64,000 nt of DNA from Kiritimatiellia bacterium (GTDB taxonomy: Bacteria; Verrucomicrobiota; Kiritimatiellia; RFP12; UBA1067), in the NCBI GenBank assembly GCA_017542055.1, contig JAFXXW010000010.1, forward strand, positions 11,438 to 75,437, given 5' to 3'. Made by a program: the position numbers and the translations under genes. Below are positions 46,612 through 56,714 of this stretch, piece by piece. The notes under the pieces were generated by a model. It saw nothing but the letters and a program-made list of their open reading frames with translations. It ran no database searches and was not told where the DNA came from. How positions within the stretch are numbered: the first letter of the stretch is position 1; every line of letters starts with the position of its first letter.

Positions 46612-47941
46612 ACGTGGCCTTCGCCTCCAACACTTCCGGTTCCGCCACTTTGGCGGCTGCCGGCACACCCAGATCCTTGAGGTCGCCCAACTTCTTCATG
46701 ATGTTGCCCGGACCCGCGCACAGCTGACGCACCGACGTATTGTACTGCTCGTTGACTTTGGCGATCTGCTTGCCCAATTCCTGGAATCCGTTCACGAACG
46801 TGTTGAACTTGTCCACCAGACTCTCCGCCGCCTCTTTGATCCGGACCGCCTTCTTGTCCATGTTGTAGTTGATCCACATTTCCTCGATGAGCTTCACGAG
46901 CGGCACCACCGACGATCCGTTGACGATCGCGATGCCGTGTTCGCGCGCATATTCCCGGAGCAGCACCTGATCGTCCTGACCGTTCGCCCGCACCTTGATC
47001 CGCGCCTTCATGGCCACTAGGTAGACTTCGTCGAAAGGAATGTACATGAGCATGGTGGGCAGTAGCTTGTGCCCCGTCGCGATATTGAGGCTCTTCACGT
47101 AGTCGGCCCGGATCATCTCGTCCACATGCGCCTTCACGCTCTCCACGATCCGCGCTTTCGCGCTTTCCTTGACCGCTCCGTCCTCCGCGCTGTGATACTC
47201 CGCATAGGCCTCGACCGTCGCCTTCGAATCGATGATCAGCCAACGGTCCTCCGGCAGCTTGACGAGAAAGTCCAACCGCTTGTCCTTCCGCTGCGACCCC
47301 TCCGACGCGAAAGTTTCCTGGTAGACGTAATCCGACTCTTCCTTCAGCCCCGCCAGTTCCAGCACGCGCTTGAGCTGCAGTTCAGACCACTCGCCCGTCA
47401 CTACCGCCTCGCCCCGAATGGCGCTCGCCAGTTCGTTGGCCTTGGCCGAAACCTGGTTGGTGTCCGCCACCAGCCGTTTGATGCGCTCGTCCAGCTGACC
47501 GGCCCGGTGCGCGTCCTCCGAATTCACCTCGTCAATGCGCCGACGGAACTTGCCGATCTCGTCCTGCAACGGTTTCAACAGCCGCTCGATGTTTTCGGTG
47601 CCCTCTTCCTTGAGCTTGCGCGCATTCTCGCCCAGAATCCGCTCCGACAGCTCCTTGATGCGGGCATAGTTGATTTCCTGCTCGTGCTTGTACCGGAGCT
47701 CCCGTTCGCGATTGGACGCCTCGATGGCCTTCACTTCCGCTTCGGCCGTGATTTTGGCCTCTTCCAGACCCCGCACCCACTCGCGTTCGGTCTCGGCCGC
47801 CACCAATGCGTCGTTCAACCTTTCGTTGAGATTGGACACTTGCGATTCGTAAGCCTTGCGCGTGGCCGATAGCATCATAAACGCCATTATAGCCACCAAC
47901 GCGATAATGGCCACTCCCACCAGAATTGCCGTAATTGTCAT
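46598..47941 (-). CDS. rmuC: DNA recombination protein RmuC
   Basis: N-terminal TM, long coiled coil, RmuC nuclease-like core RLDFLVKLPEDRWLIIDSKATVEAY. Confidence 0.88.
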   Translation of the reverse strand: MTITAILVGVAIIALVAIMAFMMLSATRKAYESQVSNLNERLNDALVAAETEREWVRGLEEAKITAEAEVKAIEASNRERELRYKHEQEINYARIKELSERILGENARKLKEEGTENIERLLKPLQDEIGKFRRRIDEVNSEDAHRAGQLDERIKRLVADTNQVSAKANELASAIRGEAVVTGEWSELQLKRVLELAGLKEESDYVYQETFASEGSQRKDKRLDFLVKLPEDRWLIIDSKATVEAYAEYHSAEDGAVKESAKARIVESVKAHVDEMIRADYVKSLNIATGHKLLPTMLMYIPFDEVYLVAMKARIKVRANGQDDQVLLREYAREHGIAIVNGSSVVPLVKLIEEMWINYNMDKKAVRIKEAAESLVDKFNTFVNGFQELGKQIAKVNEQYNTSVRQLCAGPGNIMKKLGDLKDLGVPAAAKVAEPEVLEAKATYGNA

Positions 47942-47983
47942 GTTGTTTCCGTGCTTGTCTGCAATTTCAGTTGCTTATGATAT

Positions 47984-48012
47984 ATTATATCATATTTCCG
48001 CCGGAAAATCAA
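47984..48012 (-). promoter_or_regulatory. promoter cassette P4 (TTGATT-17-TATAAT) for the rmuC operon
   Basis: The minus strand reads ttgatt ttccggcggaaatatga tataat. The -10 region lies in the 19-nt palindrome tatgatatattatatcata (47976-47994). Confidence 0.65.
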
Positions 48013-48028
48013 GCGGAAAGTGCAACTG

Positions 48029-48757
48029 TTATACGTGAAGTATGGCGCGGGCGCGGGCGAGAACGTCTTCGGAAGGAGGTTCCACCCCTTCCAGATCGTA
48101 GGAAAGTCCCAGCCGGTGCCACTTTTCCACCCCGAACGTATGGTAGGGCAAAACGTCCACCCGCTCGATATTGGACATGGGGCGGATAAAGTCGTCCAGC
48201 CGCTTCCAATCGTCCTCGCCGTCGGTCCAGCCGGGCACCAGCACGTGACGGAGCCAAACCGGTTTGCCGATTTCGGCCAAATAGTTGGCGCAGTCGAGTA
48301 CGGGAGCGAGATCCCCGCCCGTCAATTCCCGGTGCTTGACGGGATCGATGTGCTTGATGTCGAGGAGTACCGTGTCCGCAAAATCTACGAGCCGCAAAAT
48401 ATCGGCGTTCTCCCGCGAAAAGACGCCTGCGCACGTGTCGATGCAGGTGGACACTCCCCGCTCCCGGCACAGCCGGAAAAGCTCGGACACGAACGGCGCC
48501 TGCAGCATCGGCTCGCCCCCGGAAACGGTAATGCCTCCCTCGGAGCCCCAATATTCGCGATACCGGATCGCGCGGTCCAGCACTTCCCGGGGTGTGGCGG
48601 AAAGTCCCCCCTGCCCCGCCCAGGTGTCGGGATTGTGGCAATAGCGGCACCGGAAGGGACAGCCGCGCAAAAAGACCATAAAACGAACGCCGGGGCCGTC
48701 AGCGGCCCCGAACGTTTCGTAGGAATGTACAAGTCCCTTTAGAGGCTCTTGTGGCAT
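48029..48757 (-). CDS. pflA: pyruvate formate-lyase activating enzyme
   Basis: [36 protein letters not shown] and [13 protein letters not shown] 48757 lies in track ORF 48029..50011. Confidence 0.93.
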   Translation of the reverse strand: MPQEPLKGLVHSYETFGAADGPGVRFMVFLRGCPFRCRYCHNPDTWAGQGGLSATPREVLDRAIRYREYWGSEGGITVSGGEPMLQAPFVSELFRLCRERGVSTCIDTCAGVFSRENADILRLVDFADTVLLDIKHIDPVKHRELTGGDLAPVLDCANYLAEIGKPVWLRHVLVPGWTDGEDDWKRLDDFIRPMSNIERVDVLPYHTFGVEKWHRLGLSYDLEGVEPPSEDVLARARAILHV

Positions 48758-51000
48758 GTACGCTTGATGACGTCCAGCTGCTGTTCGCGGGTGAGGTCGA
48801 TGAACTTGACCGCATAACCCGAAACGCGAATCGTGAAGTTGGCGTACTCCGGCTTTTCCGGATGCTCCATGCAGTCGATCAGCTTTTCGGTGCCGAACAC
48901 GTTGACGTTCAGGTGGTGCGCACCCTTGTCGAAGTATCCGTCCATGACGGAAACGAGCGTGTTGACGCGGTCTTCCATCGTGTTGCCGAGCGCCGAAGGA
49001 TGGATGGTCTGCGTGTTGGAGATGCCGTCCAAGGCGTATTCGTAGGGAATCTTGGCCACCGAATTGAGCGACGCCAAAAGACCGTTCTGTTCCGCCCCGT
49101 AGCTGGGATTGGCGCCGGGCGCGAACGGCGCGCCGGCCTGACGTCCGTCGGGCGTGGTGCCCGTAGCCTTGCCGTACACCACATTGGAGGTGATGGTAAG
49201 GATGGAGGTGGTGGGCTCGGCGTTGCGATAGGTGTGGTGGCTCTTGATCTTGGCGAGGAACTCGGTGAGGAGCCACTCGGCGATCTCGTCCGCCCGGTCG
49301 TCGTCGTTGCCGTACTTGGGATAATCGCCCTCGGTCTTGTAATCCACCACGATGCCGTTTTCGTCGCGAATGGCGGTCACCTTGGCGTACTTGATGGCGC
49401 AGAGCGAATCGACCGTGTGCGAGAAGCCCGCGATGCCGGTGGCGAAGGTGCGCCGGACGTCGGTGTCGATGAGCGCCATTTCGGCCGACTCGTAGTAGTA
49501 CTTGTCGTGCATGTAATGAATGAGATTGAGGATATGCACGTACAAGGCCGCGAGCCAATCCATCATGATGTCGAAGCGCTTCATGACTTCGCCGTACTCG
49601 AGCACTTCGGACGTGATCTTGGGATACTCGGGCGCCACCTGCACCTTGCTCTTTTCGTCCACGCCGCCATTGATGGCGTAGAGGAGACACTTGGCCAGAT
49701 TGGCGCGCGCGCCGAAGAACTGCATTTCCTTGCCGGTCTGGGTGGCGGACACGCAACAGCAAATGGCGTAGTCGTCGCCCCAGACGCGACGCATCACGCA
49801 GTCGTTTTCGTACTGGACGCTGGAGGTGTTGATGGACACCTTGGCGGCGTAGTCCTTGAACGGCTTGGGGAGCCGGCGCGAATAGAGCACCGTCATGTTG
49901 GGCTCGGGGCTGGGACCCATCGTCTCGAGCGTATGGAGGAAGCGGAAGCAGTTCTTGGTGACCATGCTCCGGCCGTCGCTGCCCAAACCTCCGATCGACA
50001 AGGTGGCCCATACGGGATCGCCCGAAAAGAGCTCGTTGTAGCTGGGGATCCGGGCGAACTTGACCATGCGCAAATGGAGCACAAGATGGTCGATGAGCTC
50101 CTGCGCCTCCTTTTCGGTGAGGATGCCGCGCTTAAGGTCGCGCTCGATGTAGATGTCGAGGAAGGTGGAGATGCGACCGATGGACATCGCCGCGCCGTTC
50201 TGCGTCTTGATGGCGGCGAGATAGCCGAAATACGTCCACTGGACGGCCTCGCGGGCGTTCATGGCCGGATGCGAAATGTCGAAACCGTAGCTCCGGGCCA
50301 TTTCCTTCATGGCGTAAAGCGCCTTGATCTGCTCGGCCACTTCCTCGCGCAGGCGAATGACGTCTTCCGCCATCGACCCCATGCCGCTATGGAGCTTGTC
50401 GTACTCCTTGGCCTCGATCAGCCGGTCGATGCCGTACAGCGCCACGCGCCGGTAGTCGCCCACAATGCGTCCGCGACCGTACGTGTCCGGCAGACCCGTG
50501 ATGATGTGCGACTTTCTCGCCGCGCGCATCTCCGGGGTGTAGCAGTCGAACACGGCCTGGTTGTGCGTCTTGTGGTAGGTGTTGAAAATCTTGTGCAGCT
50601 CGGCGCTCGGGGTGTAGCCGTAGGTGGTGCAGGCTTCCTCCGCCATCTTGATGCCGCCATAAGGCATGAACGCGCGCTTGAGCGGCTTGTCGGTCTGGAG
50701 GCCCACCACCTTCTCGAGGTCCTTGTCGAGGTAGCCCGGGCCATGCGAGACGATGGAGGACGCCACGTCCGTATCCATATCCAGCACGCCGCCTTTGGCC
50801 CGCTCTTCCTTCTGCAGCTCCTGAAGCTTGGCCCAGAGTCGATCGGTGGAGGGCGACGCCTCCGCCAGGAACGACGCATCGCCATCGTACGGCGTGTAGT
50901 TGAGCCGAATGAACTCGCGGACGTTGATGTCCTTGGTCCACCTGCCGCCGACGAATCCCGCCCAAGCGGGACATTTGGCTTCGTCAATGATTCCGTTCAT
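48739..51000 (-). CDS. pflB: formate C-acetyltransferase (pyruvate formate-lyase)
   Basis: Catalytic ICCCVSAT and glycyl-radical motif RVSGYAVKF; 753 aa. Confidence 0.96.
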   Translation of the reverse strand: MNGIIDEAKCPAWAGFVGGRWTKDINVREFIRLNYTPYDGDASFLAEASPSTDRLWAKLQELQKEERAKGGVLDMDTDVASSIVSHGPGYLDKDLEKVVGLQTDKPLKRAFMPYGGIKMAEEACTTYGYTPSAELHKIFNTYHKTHNQAVFDCYTPEMRAARKSHIITGLPDTYGRGRIVGDYRRVALYGIDRLIEAKEYDKLHSGMGSMAEDVIRLREEVAEQIKALYAMKEMARSYGFDISHPAMNAREAVQWTYFGYLAAIKTQNGAAMSIGRISTFLDIYIERDLKRGILTEKEAQELIDHLVLHLRMVKFARIPSYNELFSGDPVWATLSIGGLGSDGRSMVTKNCFRFLHTLETMGPSPEPNMTVLYSRRLPKPFKDYAAKVSINTSSVQYENDCVMRRVWGDDYAICCCVSATQTGKEMQFFGARANLAKCLLYAINGGVDEKSKVQVAPEYPKITSEVLEYGEVMKRFDIMMDWLAALYVHILNLIHYMHDKYYYESAEMALIDTDVRRTFATGIAGFSHTVDSLCAIKYAKVTAIRDENGIVVDYKTEGDYPKYGNDDDRADEIAEWLLTEFLAKIKSHHTYRNAEPTTSILTITSNVVYGKATGTTPDGRQAGAPFAPGANPSYGAEQNGLLASLNSVAKIPYEYALDGISNTQTIHPSALGNTMEDRVNTLVSVMDGYFDKGAHHLNVNVFGTEKLIDCMEHPEKPEYANFTIRVSGYAVKFIDLTREQQLDVIKRTCHKSL

Positions 51001-51033
51001 GCTTTTTGCCCTTTTTTGAAAGTTATACCAGAT

Positions 51034-51062
51034 AGTATATCATATCGTGGGCCAAAAGTCAA
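51034..51062 (-). promoter_or_regulatory. promoter cassette P5 (TTGACT-17-TATACT) for pflBA
   Basis: The minus strand reads ttgact tttggcccacgatatga tatact; ATG 27 nt beyond the predicted TSS. Confidence 0.65.
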
Positions 51063-51071
51063 GGGGTAAAA

Positions 51072-52136
51072 TCATCTATATACAATATCTGCCCATTCGT
51101 ACGGTTCGCTATACCGTATATTGTATAAGGTCTCCACCATGAACTTCAAAACCCGCTCGCCGGAGAAGATCCGGTGATACTTGGCCCTACCGGCAGCCGC
51201 CACCTTCCGGCGCGCCTCGTCGTGGGTTTGGTAGTAGAGAATCTTTTCCGCCAGATCCCCCGCCTCCGAAAAGTACACCGTCTCCTCGGGCGTGAAGAAG
51301 CGGTCCATCTGGTTCTTGTCGGACTGGAAAGTCAGGATGCCGTACCCCATCAGGTGCGCGATACGGTCGGACGAATACCACATGTCGCCCTCTTTGCGGT
51401 TGAGATTGAGCGACATCTTGGAGGTGGAGAGCACCTCTTCGTACCGGGCACCCCAGATGGAAGGCGAAAGATCGAGCTTGACCCCTTCCAGCTTGCCGGA
51501 CCCGAACAGCTCCAGTTTGAGCTTGCCCTCGATTTTCGGCAAGAGTTCCGCCAAGAGCTGCCAACGCGGATCGCTGGGCCGGGGATTGCCGGCAAAGAAG
51601 AGGTCGCGCCGAAACTCCGTCTTGCGGCTGTTGTCGCCATGCTCCATCGACGGATCCGACGGATTCGGCATGTACGCCATGAAGTTTTTGCCGGTGAGCC
51701 AGGTTTTGAGTTCCTCGCCGGCCGTCGTCACGAAGACGCCGTCGCAGCTGTCCATCCGTTCCGCGATCTGGGCACGAGTGGGCGCCTGCCAGATGGGGTC
51801 CACGTTGAAATGCGCGATCTTGATGTCCGGCAGGAGACGCCGGATCTCGTAGAGCGTTTCGTTGGTGATGTAGTCGCAATGCCCCAAGAGCATCACGTCG
51901 GGGCGGAAATTCTTGGCGCACTTGACCAGCTTCTGGTTGGCGATCACCCCGCCCAACGCCCTAATGCCCAGCGGCGCGAGGAGTCGGGCCATGTCGCGAT
52001 CGGAATATTCGCACAGCCGCCAGTTGTTGCGGATGGCGCCGCACATCAGCTTGCGTCCCGGTCCCATCCTGAGATTGCCGTAGCGGCGAATCATCAGGTT
52101 GTCGACGAGGAGAATTCTCAGTTCGCTCAGGTCCAT
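51072..52136 (-). CDS. glycosyltransferase, CgeB/DUF3880-like
   Basis: Overall resemblance to CgeB-type GT1-like proteins (..FAGNPRP..; C-terminal ..EARRKVAAAGRAKYHRIFSGERV..). No sharp motif, so assignment is by recollection of the family. Confidence 0.6.
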   Translation of the reverse strand: MDLSELRILLVDNLMIRRYGNLRMGPGRKLMCGAIRNNWRLCEYSDRDMARLLAPLGIRALGGVIANQKLVKCAKNFRPDVMLLGHCDYITNETLYEIRRLLPDIKIAHFNVDPIWQAPTRAQIAERMDSCDGVFVTTAGEELKTWLTGKNFMAYMPNPSDPSMEHGDNSRKTEFRRDLFFAGNPRPSDPRWQLLAELLPKIEGKLKLELFGSGKLEGVKLDLSPSIWGARYEEVLSTSKMSLNLNRKEGDMWYSSDRIAHLMGYGILTFQSDKNQMDRFFTPEETVYFSEAGDLAEKILYYQTHDEARRKVAAAGRAKYHRIFSGERVLKFMVETLYNIRYSEPYEWADIVYR

Positions 52137-52140
52137 AGTC

Positions 52141-53193
52141 TCAGAATCCCATTTTGCCCAACACTTTTTCGAGCTGGCCCCGGCACACTTTCATGGCCAG
52201 TTCGCGCTCGAAGAAGTCGCGCGCGGCCTTGAAGTATTCGTCGCGGTTGGCCCAGTCGGCGCGATACTCCTCCACCGCCCGGATGATGGCGTCGGGGTCG
52301 CCCGGCGGCACGAACTTGATGGCCTTGCAATCCTTGGCCGAAGGCGGATAGCCCGTGCAGAACTCGTTGATCGTCGGCCGACCGCACGCCATGCACTCGA
52401 ACACCTTGTTGCCGATCACGCGGCTCGCCTTTTCGGTCGTGCCGAAAACGCCCACCACCACGTCGTTGGCGCCGATCACTTCCGGCACTTTCACATACGG
52501 CACCTTGTCCAGAAAGCGCACGTTCTTGAGCCCCTTGGCCGAAGCTTCGGTTTCCGCCTTGTACGCGCCCCACCCGAGGAAGTTCCATTCGATTGGCAGA
52601 TCCTGGGTGCGCCGCGCCGCCTCCACCAGAAACTTGGTGCCGTGCAAGGGCAGATACGCGCCGTGATAAAGTACGCGGAACTTGCCGTCCTTGGGGATAT
52701 TGTCGCCATTCTGGAAGGTAAACACCTTCTCGTCGGTGCCGGTGAAAACCTCCTGCATTTTTTCCATCGGCACGCCGAACATGCGATGCGCGAAATCCAC
52801 ATGGCAGCTCGTGTCCCAAATGACAAAGTCGGGCGCGTTCATCATCTTGGTTTCGAGCTTGAGCAGCTTCTTGGCGCGCGACTCTTCCGTTTTCCACTTC
52901 TGCTGCTCCAGCACCTTCTTGTCCCACGCGGAAATCATGGGGTCGAAGAGCACCTTCACGCCCCGGCGATGCGCCCAACGGCACGCGGCCAGAATGTCGC
53001 GTTGGCGGCAGACGGGCACGAAGACGAGATCCGGTTTCTTGACGCGACGGATCATCGCCTCCAAGTCGCCGAACTTGGGCGACACCTTGACGATGAAGTA
53101 CTCCACCTCCCAACCCAGATCCCGGAAGAGCTGGGCCGCCACCCGGGTACGCGAATAGCCCGGATCAAACCTTCCCCAAAACAAGACTTTCAT
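52141..53193 (-). CDS. glycosyltransferase (GT-B fold, group 1-like)
   Basis: MKVLFWGRFDPGYSRTRV...; C-terminal NKVFECMACGRPTI resembles the GT1 nucleotide-sugar-binding region. Confidence 0.72.
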   Translation of the reverse strand: MKVLFWGRFDPGYSRTRVAAQLFRDLGWEVEYFIVKVSPKFGDLEAMIRRVKKPDLVFVPVCRQRDILAACRWAHRRGVKVLFDPMISAWDKKVLEQQKWKTEESRAKKLLKLETKMMNAPDFVIWDTSCHVDFAHRMFGVPMEKMQEVFTGTDEKVFTFQNGDNIPKDGKFRVLYHGAYLPLHGTKFLVEAARRTQDLPIEWNFLGWGAYKAETEASAKGLKNVRFLDKVPYVKVPEVIGANDVVVGVFGTTEKASRVIGNKVFECMACGRPTINEFCTGYPPSAKDCKAIKFVPPGDPDAIIRAVEEYRADWANRDEYFKAARDFFERELAMKVCRGQLEKVLGKMGF

Positions 53194-54274
53194 ACGTTTC
53201 GAGCCCTTTCTTGATCATATTGGCAAAAGAGAACTTTTCGATGGCCGGCGTGCGCAGATCGCCGTATTCCGTTTCCAGCACCGTCTTGATGGCCTGGGCG
53301 AAACCTTCGGGTCCGGCCGACTCCACCGGCACCAGCATGCCGTTCTTGCCGTTCTCCACGATGTCCAACGCGCCTCCGAACGCGGTCGCCACCACCGGCT
53401 TGTTCATGGCGAGCGCCTCGGCCATGCTCCGACCGAACGCTTCGGGCTTTTTCGTGTTGGCGCTCACCACCACGTCTGCGAGCGACAGACACTCGGCCAC
53501 CTTTTGCTGGTTGCCCGCAAAAACCACCGTGTCCTCGAGCCTCAGCTCCTGGACGAGCGCCTTGAGCCCCTCCTCCACGTCTTTGCGCAGCGCCTCGGCC
53601 TCGCCCACGATGACCGTGCGAATGGACGGCATCGATTTTTTGAGGATGGCGGTTGCGCGGATGAGCGTATCGTAGCCTTTCAATTGGGTGATGCGCCCCA
53701 CTCCCATCACCACCTTGCGACCCTCCGTGCGCCACTTGAGCTTCATTTCCTCCGTGAACTCGCGATCGAGTCTAGCGGGGTCGAATTTGTCCCGATCGAT
53801 GGCGCGCGGAATGACCCGGATTTTTTCTTCTTCAAGCCCGTACGCCGCCTTGAGATAGTCGGCGATGTACCTCGAGGGCGTCACCGTAACCGTACCGAAG
53901 GTCATCACCTTGGAGTAGGCGGAAACGGAATTGGCCCCGTGCGCGAAGGAGATCCAAGGCAGGCGCAACTTGCGGTTGGCGATCACGAACAGCCACGCGG
54001 GAACGCGGCTATGCACGTTCACCACGTCGGGCCGTTCGCGCTCCAAGAGTTTCCTCAGCTCCCGCGCCCGCCACAACGCGGTCAGGGGATTTTTGGATTT
54101 CACGTCCAGCCGCGCCACCCTACCGCCATCGCGCTCGATCTGGTCCAGCAGCCGTCCGTTCTTGGCCACCACCAGATTGTCCCAGCCTTGCGCGACGATG
54201 GCCCGGTTCATCTCCACCACGCCGCGCTCGACTCCGCCCTGCTCCATCGCAGGCACCAGCTGGACGATCTTCAT
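53165..54274 (-). CDS. glycosyltransferase family 4 (group 1)
   Basis: MKIVQLVPAMEQGGVERGVVE...; EX7E-type motif PEAFGRSMAEALAMNKPVVAT. Confidence 0.85.
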   Translation of the reverse strand: MKIVQLVPAMEQGGVERGVVEMNRAIVAQGWDNLVVAKNGRLLDQIERDGGRVARLDVKSKNPLTALWRARELRKLLERERPDVVNVHSRVPAWLFVIANRKLRLPWISFAHGANSVSAYSKVMTFGTVTVTPSRYIADYLKAAYGLEEEKIRVIPRAIDRDKFDPARLDREFTEEMKLKWRTEGRKVVMGVGRITQLKGYDTLIRATAILKKSMPSIRTVIVGEAEALRKDVEEGLKALVQELRLEDTVVFAGNQQKVAECLSLADVVVSANTKKPEAFGRSMAEALAMNKPVVATAFGGALDIVENGKNGMLVPVESAGPEGFAQAIKTVLETEYGDLRTPAIEKFSFANMIKKGLETYESLVLGKV

Positions 54275-54277
54275 GGT

Positions 54278-55033
54278 TTAAATATGCTCCTCGAAGCCCC
54301 GGAAGTGGACGTTCAGCTCATGGAGCGGCGCCAGCAATTTGCCGAGCGGCTGGCCGGCCGTCATCATGGCGAACGCGTTGACGTCTTTGGGGAAGCACTT
54401 GCCGCCATAGCCGCGCTTGCCGTCGGGTCCGGGCACGTAGGTGTGGGTGTCGTTGATGTAGCCGGAGAGCAGGACTCCCGTATGCACGTTGGCCCAGTCG
54501 GCCCCCATCTTTTCGCAGTATTCCCTGACCGCGTTGAAGTACGTCACCTTGTACGCGCCGAACACGTTGTGGGCGTACTTGGTGATTTCCGCTTCCAAGG
54601 GCGTCATCACCGCGAACTTCTTGCCCTTGAAGATCTTGGCCAGCAGCTCCACCGCGCCGGTGAAGACCATCGTCTGCTTCTTGAAGTCCTCGATGTGCGT
54701 GCGCTCGGTGAGAAACTCGGGCATGTAGCACACCTGATGGTCCGTTTCCCGGCTCAGCATGTCCGAAGTGCCCGGGAGAATCGTGGTGCGCACGAACACC
54801 GGCACTTTGGGGAGCTTGCGGATGAGCTCTTTCATCAAGGTCAGATCCTGCGTGCCGTCGTCCTCGGTGGGCACGTGGATCTGCAGAAACGCCACGTCGA
54901 CGTCCGACAGATCGTCGTTGTATCCCTTGGGGGGATCGGACACGAAAATCTTGACGTCCGGATTGTTTTCCTCCAGCCACGCCTTCAAGGCGCCGCCCAC
55001 GAAACCGCAACCGATGATACCCACTTTGATCAT
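54278..55033 (-). CDS. short UDP-glucose/GDP-mannose dehydrogenase-family protein lacking the C-terminal domain
   Basis: MIKVGIIGCGFVGGAL (NAD fold) and catalytic-Cys motif GYGGKCFPKD. Only 251 aa; the next gene starts 4 nt after its stop. Confidence 0.75.
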   Translation of the reverse strand: MIKVGIIGCGFVGGALKAWLEENNPDVKIFVSDPPKGYNDDLSDVDVAFLQIHVPTEDDGTQDLTLMKELIRKLPKVPVFVRTTILPGTSDMLSRETDHQVCYMPEFLTERTHIEDFKKQTMVFTGAVELLAKIFKGKKFAVMTPLEAEITKYAHNVFGAYKVTYFNAVREYCEKMGADWANVHTGVLLSGYINDTHTYVPGPDGKRGYGGKCFPKDVNAFAMMTAGQPLGKLLAPLHELNVHFRGFEEHI

Positions 55034-56109
55034 TTGTTTTCCTCCAGATATTGCCGCGCCGTGTTGAGCGCCGCTTCGATTGATTTGTCCATGTCGAAAT
55101 ACTTGTAGGCCCCCAACCGTCCGCCCACGACGAGTTTGGGATGGTTGGCCGCCTCCGCCTGATAGCGCGACAGCAGCGCCGCACTTTCCTCGTTGTTGAC
55201 GGGATAGTACGGTTCGTCGCCCGGCTGCCACGCGGCCGAATACTCCCGGCAGACGATCGTTTCCGGATGCTCCATCACGCTCTTCTGCTCGGGGTGGTAA
55301 TGCTTGTACTCGTGCTGGCGCGTATAGGGCACGTCCGCGTCCACGTAGTTGACCACGCTCGTCCCCTGCGCGTCGGCGATCGGCAACCGCTCCGTCTCGA
55401 AACGCAAAGTGCGCCAAGGCAGCGGACCGAACTTGAAGCCGAAAAGTTCGTCGATGGGGCCGGAATAGAATACCGTCTTCTCACCCAGATCCTCCAGCCG
55501 GAACGTTTTCCCGGTCGTCACCTTGATATTGGGATGGTCCAAAAGCCGCTCGAAGAGACTGTTGTAGCCCGACTCCGGAATCCCCTGCCAGTAGTCGTTG
55601 AAATAGTTGACGTCGTAGGTGGCGCGAACCGGCACGCGCTTGATGATGGTGGGGTCGATCTCCTCCGGCGCCTTGCCCCACTGCTTGGACGTGTAGTTGC
55701 GGAAGAAGGCGTCGAAGATGGCTTTGGAATGCGCCTCGTCGCGCATGAAGTCGGGCAGTTCCGACGGCTTCAGCTCCACCCCGAAAAACGCGTTGACCAA
55801 AGTCAGTCCCAGCGGCAGGAAGTACGTCTTGCCGTCATGCCGCGCCAACACCTTGTGCTGGTAGCCGTTCATGCGCACGAAGCGATTGACGAACTCCCAC
55901 ACTTCCGGCAGATGCGTATGGAAAATGTGCGACCCGTACGTATGCACCTCGATGCCGGTCTTTTCGTCCGTTTCGCACCGGACATTGCCGCCCGTGACGG
56001 GACGCTTTTCCCACACTTCCACTTGGCGACCTGCCTCCGCCAGCACCCGGGCCACCGTGCAGCCCCAAATGCCCGCACCGGCCACGATTATTGTTTCGGA
56101 ACTGTCCAT
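55030..56109 (-). CDS. glf: UDP-galactopyranose mutase
   Basis: IIVAGAGIWGCTVARVLAE (FAD) and TYGSHIFHT. 359 aa from ATG 56109 in track ORF 55030..56706. Confidence 0.93.
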   Translation of the reverse strand: MDSSETIIVAGAGIWGCTVARVLAEAGRQVEVWEKRPVTGGNVRCETDEKTGIEVHTYGSHIFHTHLPEVWEFVNRFVRMNGYQHKVLARHDGKTYFLPLGLTLVNAFFGVELKPSELPDFMRDEAHSKAIFDAFFRNYTSKQWGKAPEEIDPTIIKRVPVRATYDVNYFNDYWQGIPESGYNSLFERLLDHPNIKVTTGKTFRLEDLGEKTVFYSGPIDELFGFKFGPLPWRTLRFETERLPIADAQGTSVVNYVDADVPYTRQHEYKHYHPEQKSVMEHPETIVCREYSAAWQPGDEPYYPVNNEESAALLSRYQAEAANHPKLVVGGRLGAYKYFDMDKSIEAALNTARQYLEENK

Positions 56110-56714
56110 GTTATGGCTCCCTTGTTGAATTCTTCCACGATTTTTTCCGCTGCCGCCAAAGGGCTCATGACCGGCGGACGCATCGCCTCCGGCAGCTTGT
56201 CCCGCCACTTGCGCGTCATCTTGGTGTCCACCGGCCCCAGACTCACGATCGACAGCCTCACGCCCTGCGCTTCCAGTTCGGCCGAGGCGCTCAGCGCCAT
56301 CGACTCCAATGCGCCCTTGGCAGCCGCATACGCCACGTGGCCTTTCGACACCTCGTGCGCGGCCCGGGACGAAACGAGCACCGCCGACGCCCCCTCGCCA
56401 TGATTGCGCTTTTTGCCCATCCAGCCCAAAAACAGCATGGGGAAGATTACGTGCACCCGGTAAAGATCGTCCGCGATCAAGGGGTCGATCATCCCCAAAG
56501 GCGCCGGCGCGTCGAAACCCGCGCAATGGACGAATCCGTCCACGCCGTCGTACCCGCTTTTGATGAAGCTTTCCACTTCTCCGAGCGCTTCCGGGTTGGC
56601 CAGATCGATCTCGTGCCCCAACCGCAACACCGTCCTGCCCTCGGCCTCCAGCAAGTTCGCCACTTCCCGCCCGATTCCTCCGGTCGCTCCCGTCACCAAA
56701 GTGCAATATTTCAT
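56088..56714 (-). CDS. short-chain dehydrogenase/reductase (ketoacyl-reductase-like)
   Basis: VTGATGGIGREVA and YAAAKGAL (YxxxK). Confidence 0.8.
   Translation of the reverse strand: MKYCTLVTGATGGIGREVANLLEAEGRTVLRLGHEIDLANPEALGEVESFIKSGYDGVDGFVHCAGFDAPAPLGMIDPLIADDLYRVHVIFPMLFLGWMGKKRNHGEGASAVLVSSRAAHEVSKGHVAYAAAKGALESMALSASAELEAQGVRLSIVSLGPVDTKMTRKWRDKLPEAMRPPVMSPLAAAEKIVEEFNKGAITWTVPKQ

Noticed and set aside
47971-47999. Plus-strand promoter reading of the palindromic -10 region (TTGCTT...), i.e. a divergent promoter opposite P4
   Set aside because: The plus-strand -10 candidate at the correct spacing (atattt) is poor. Transcription would run antisense into the 3' end of pflA. No plus-strand gene follows.
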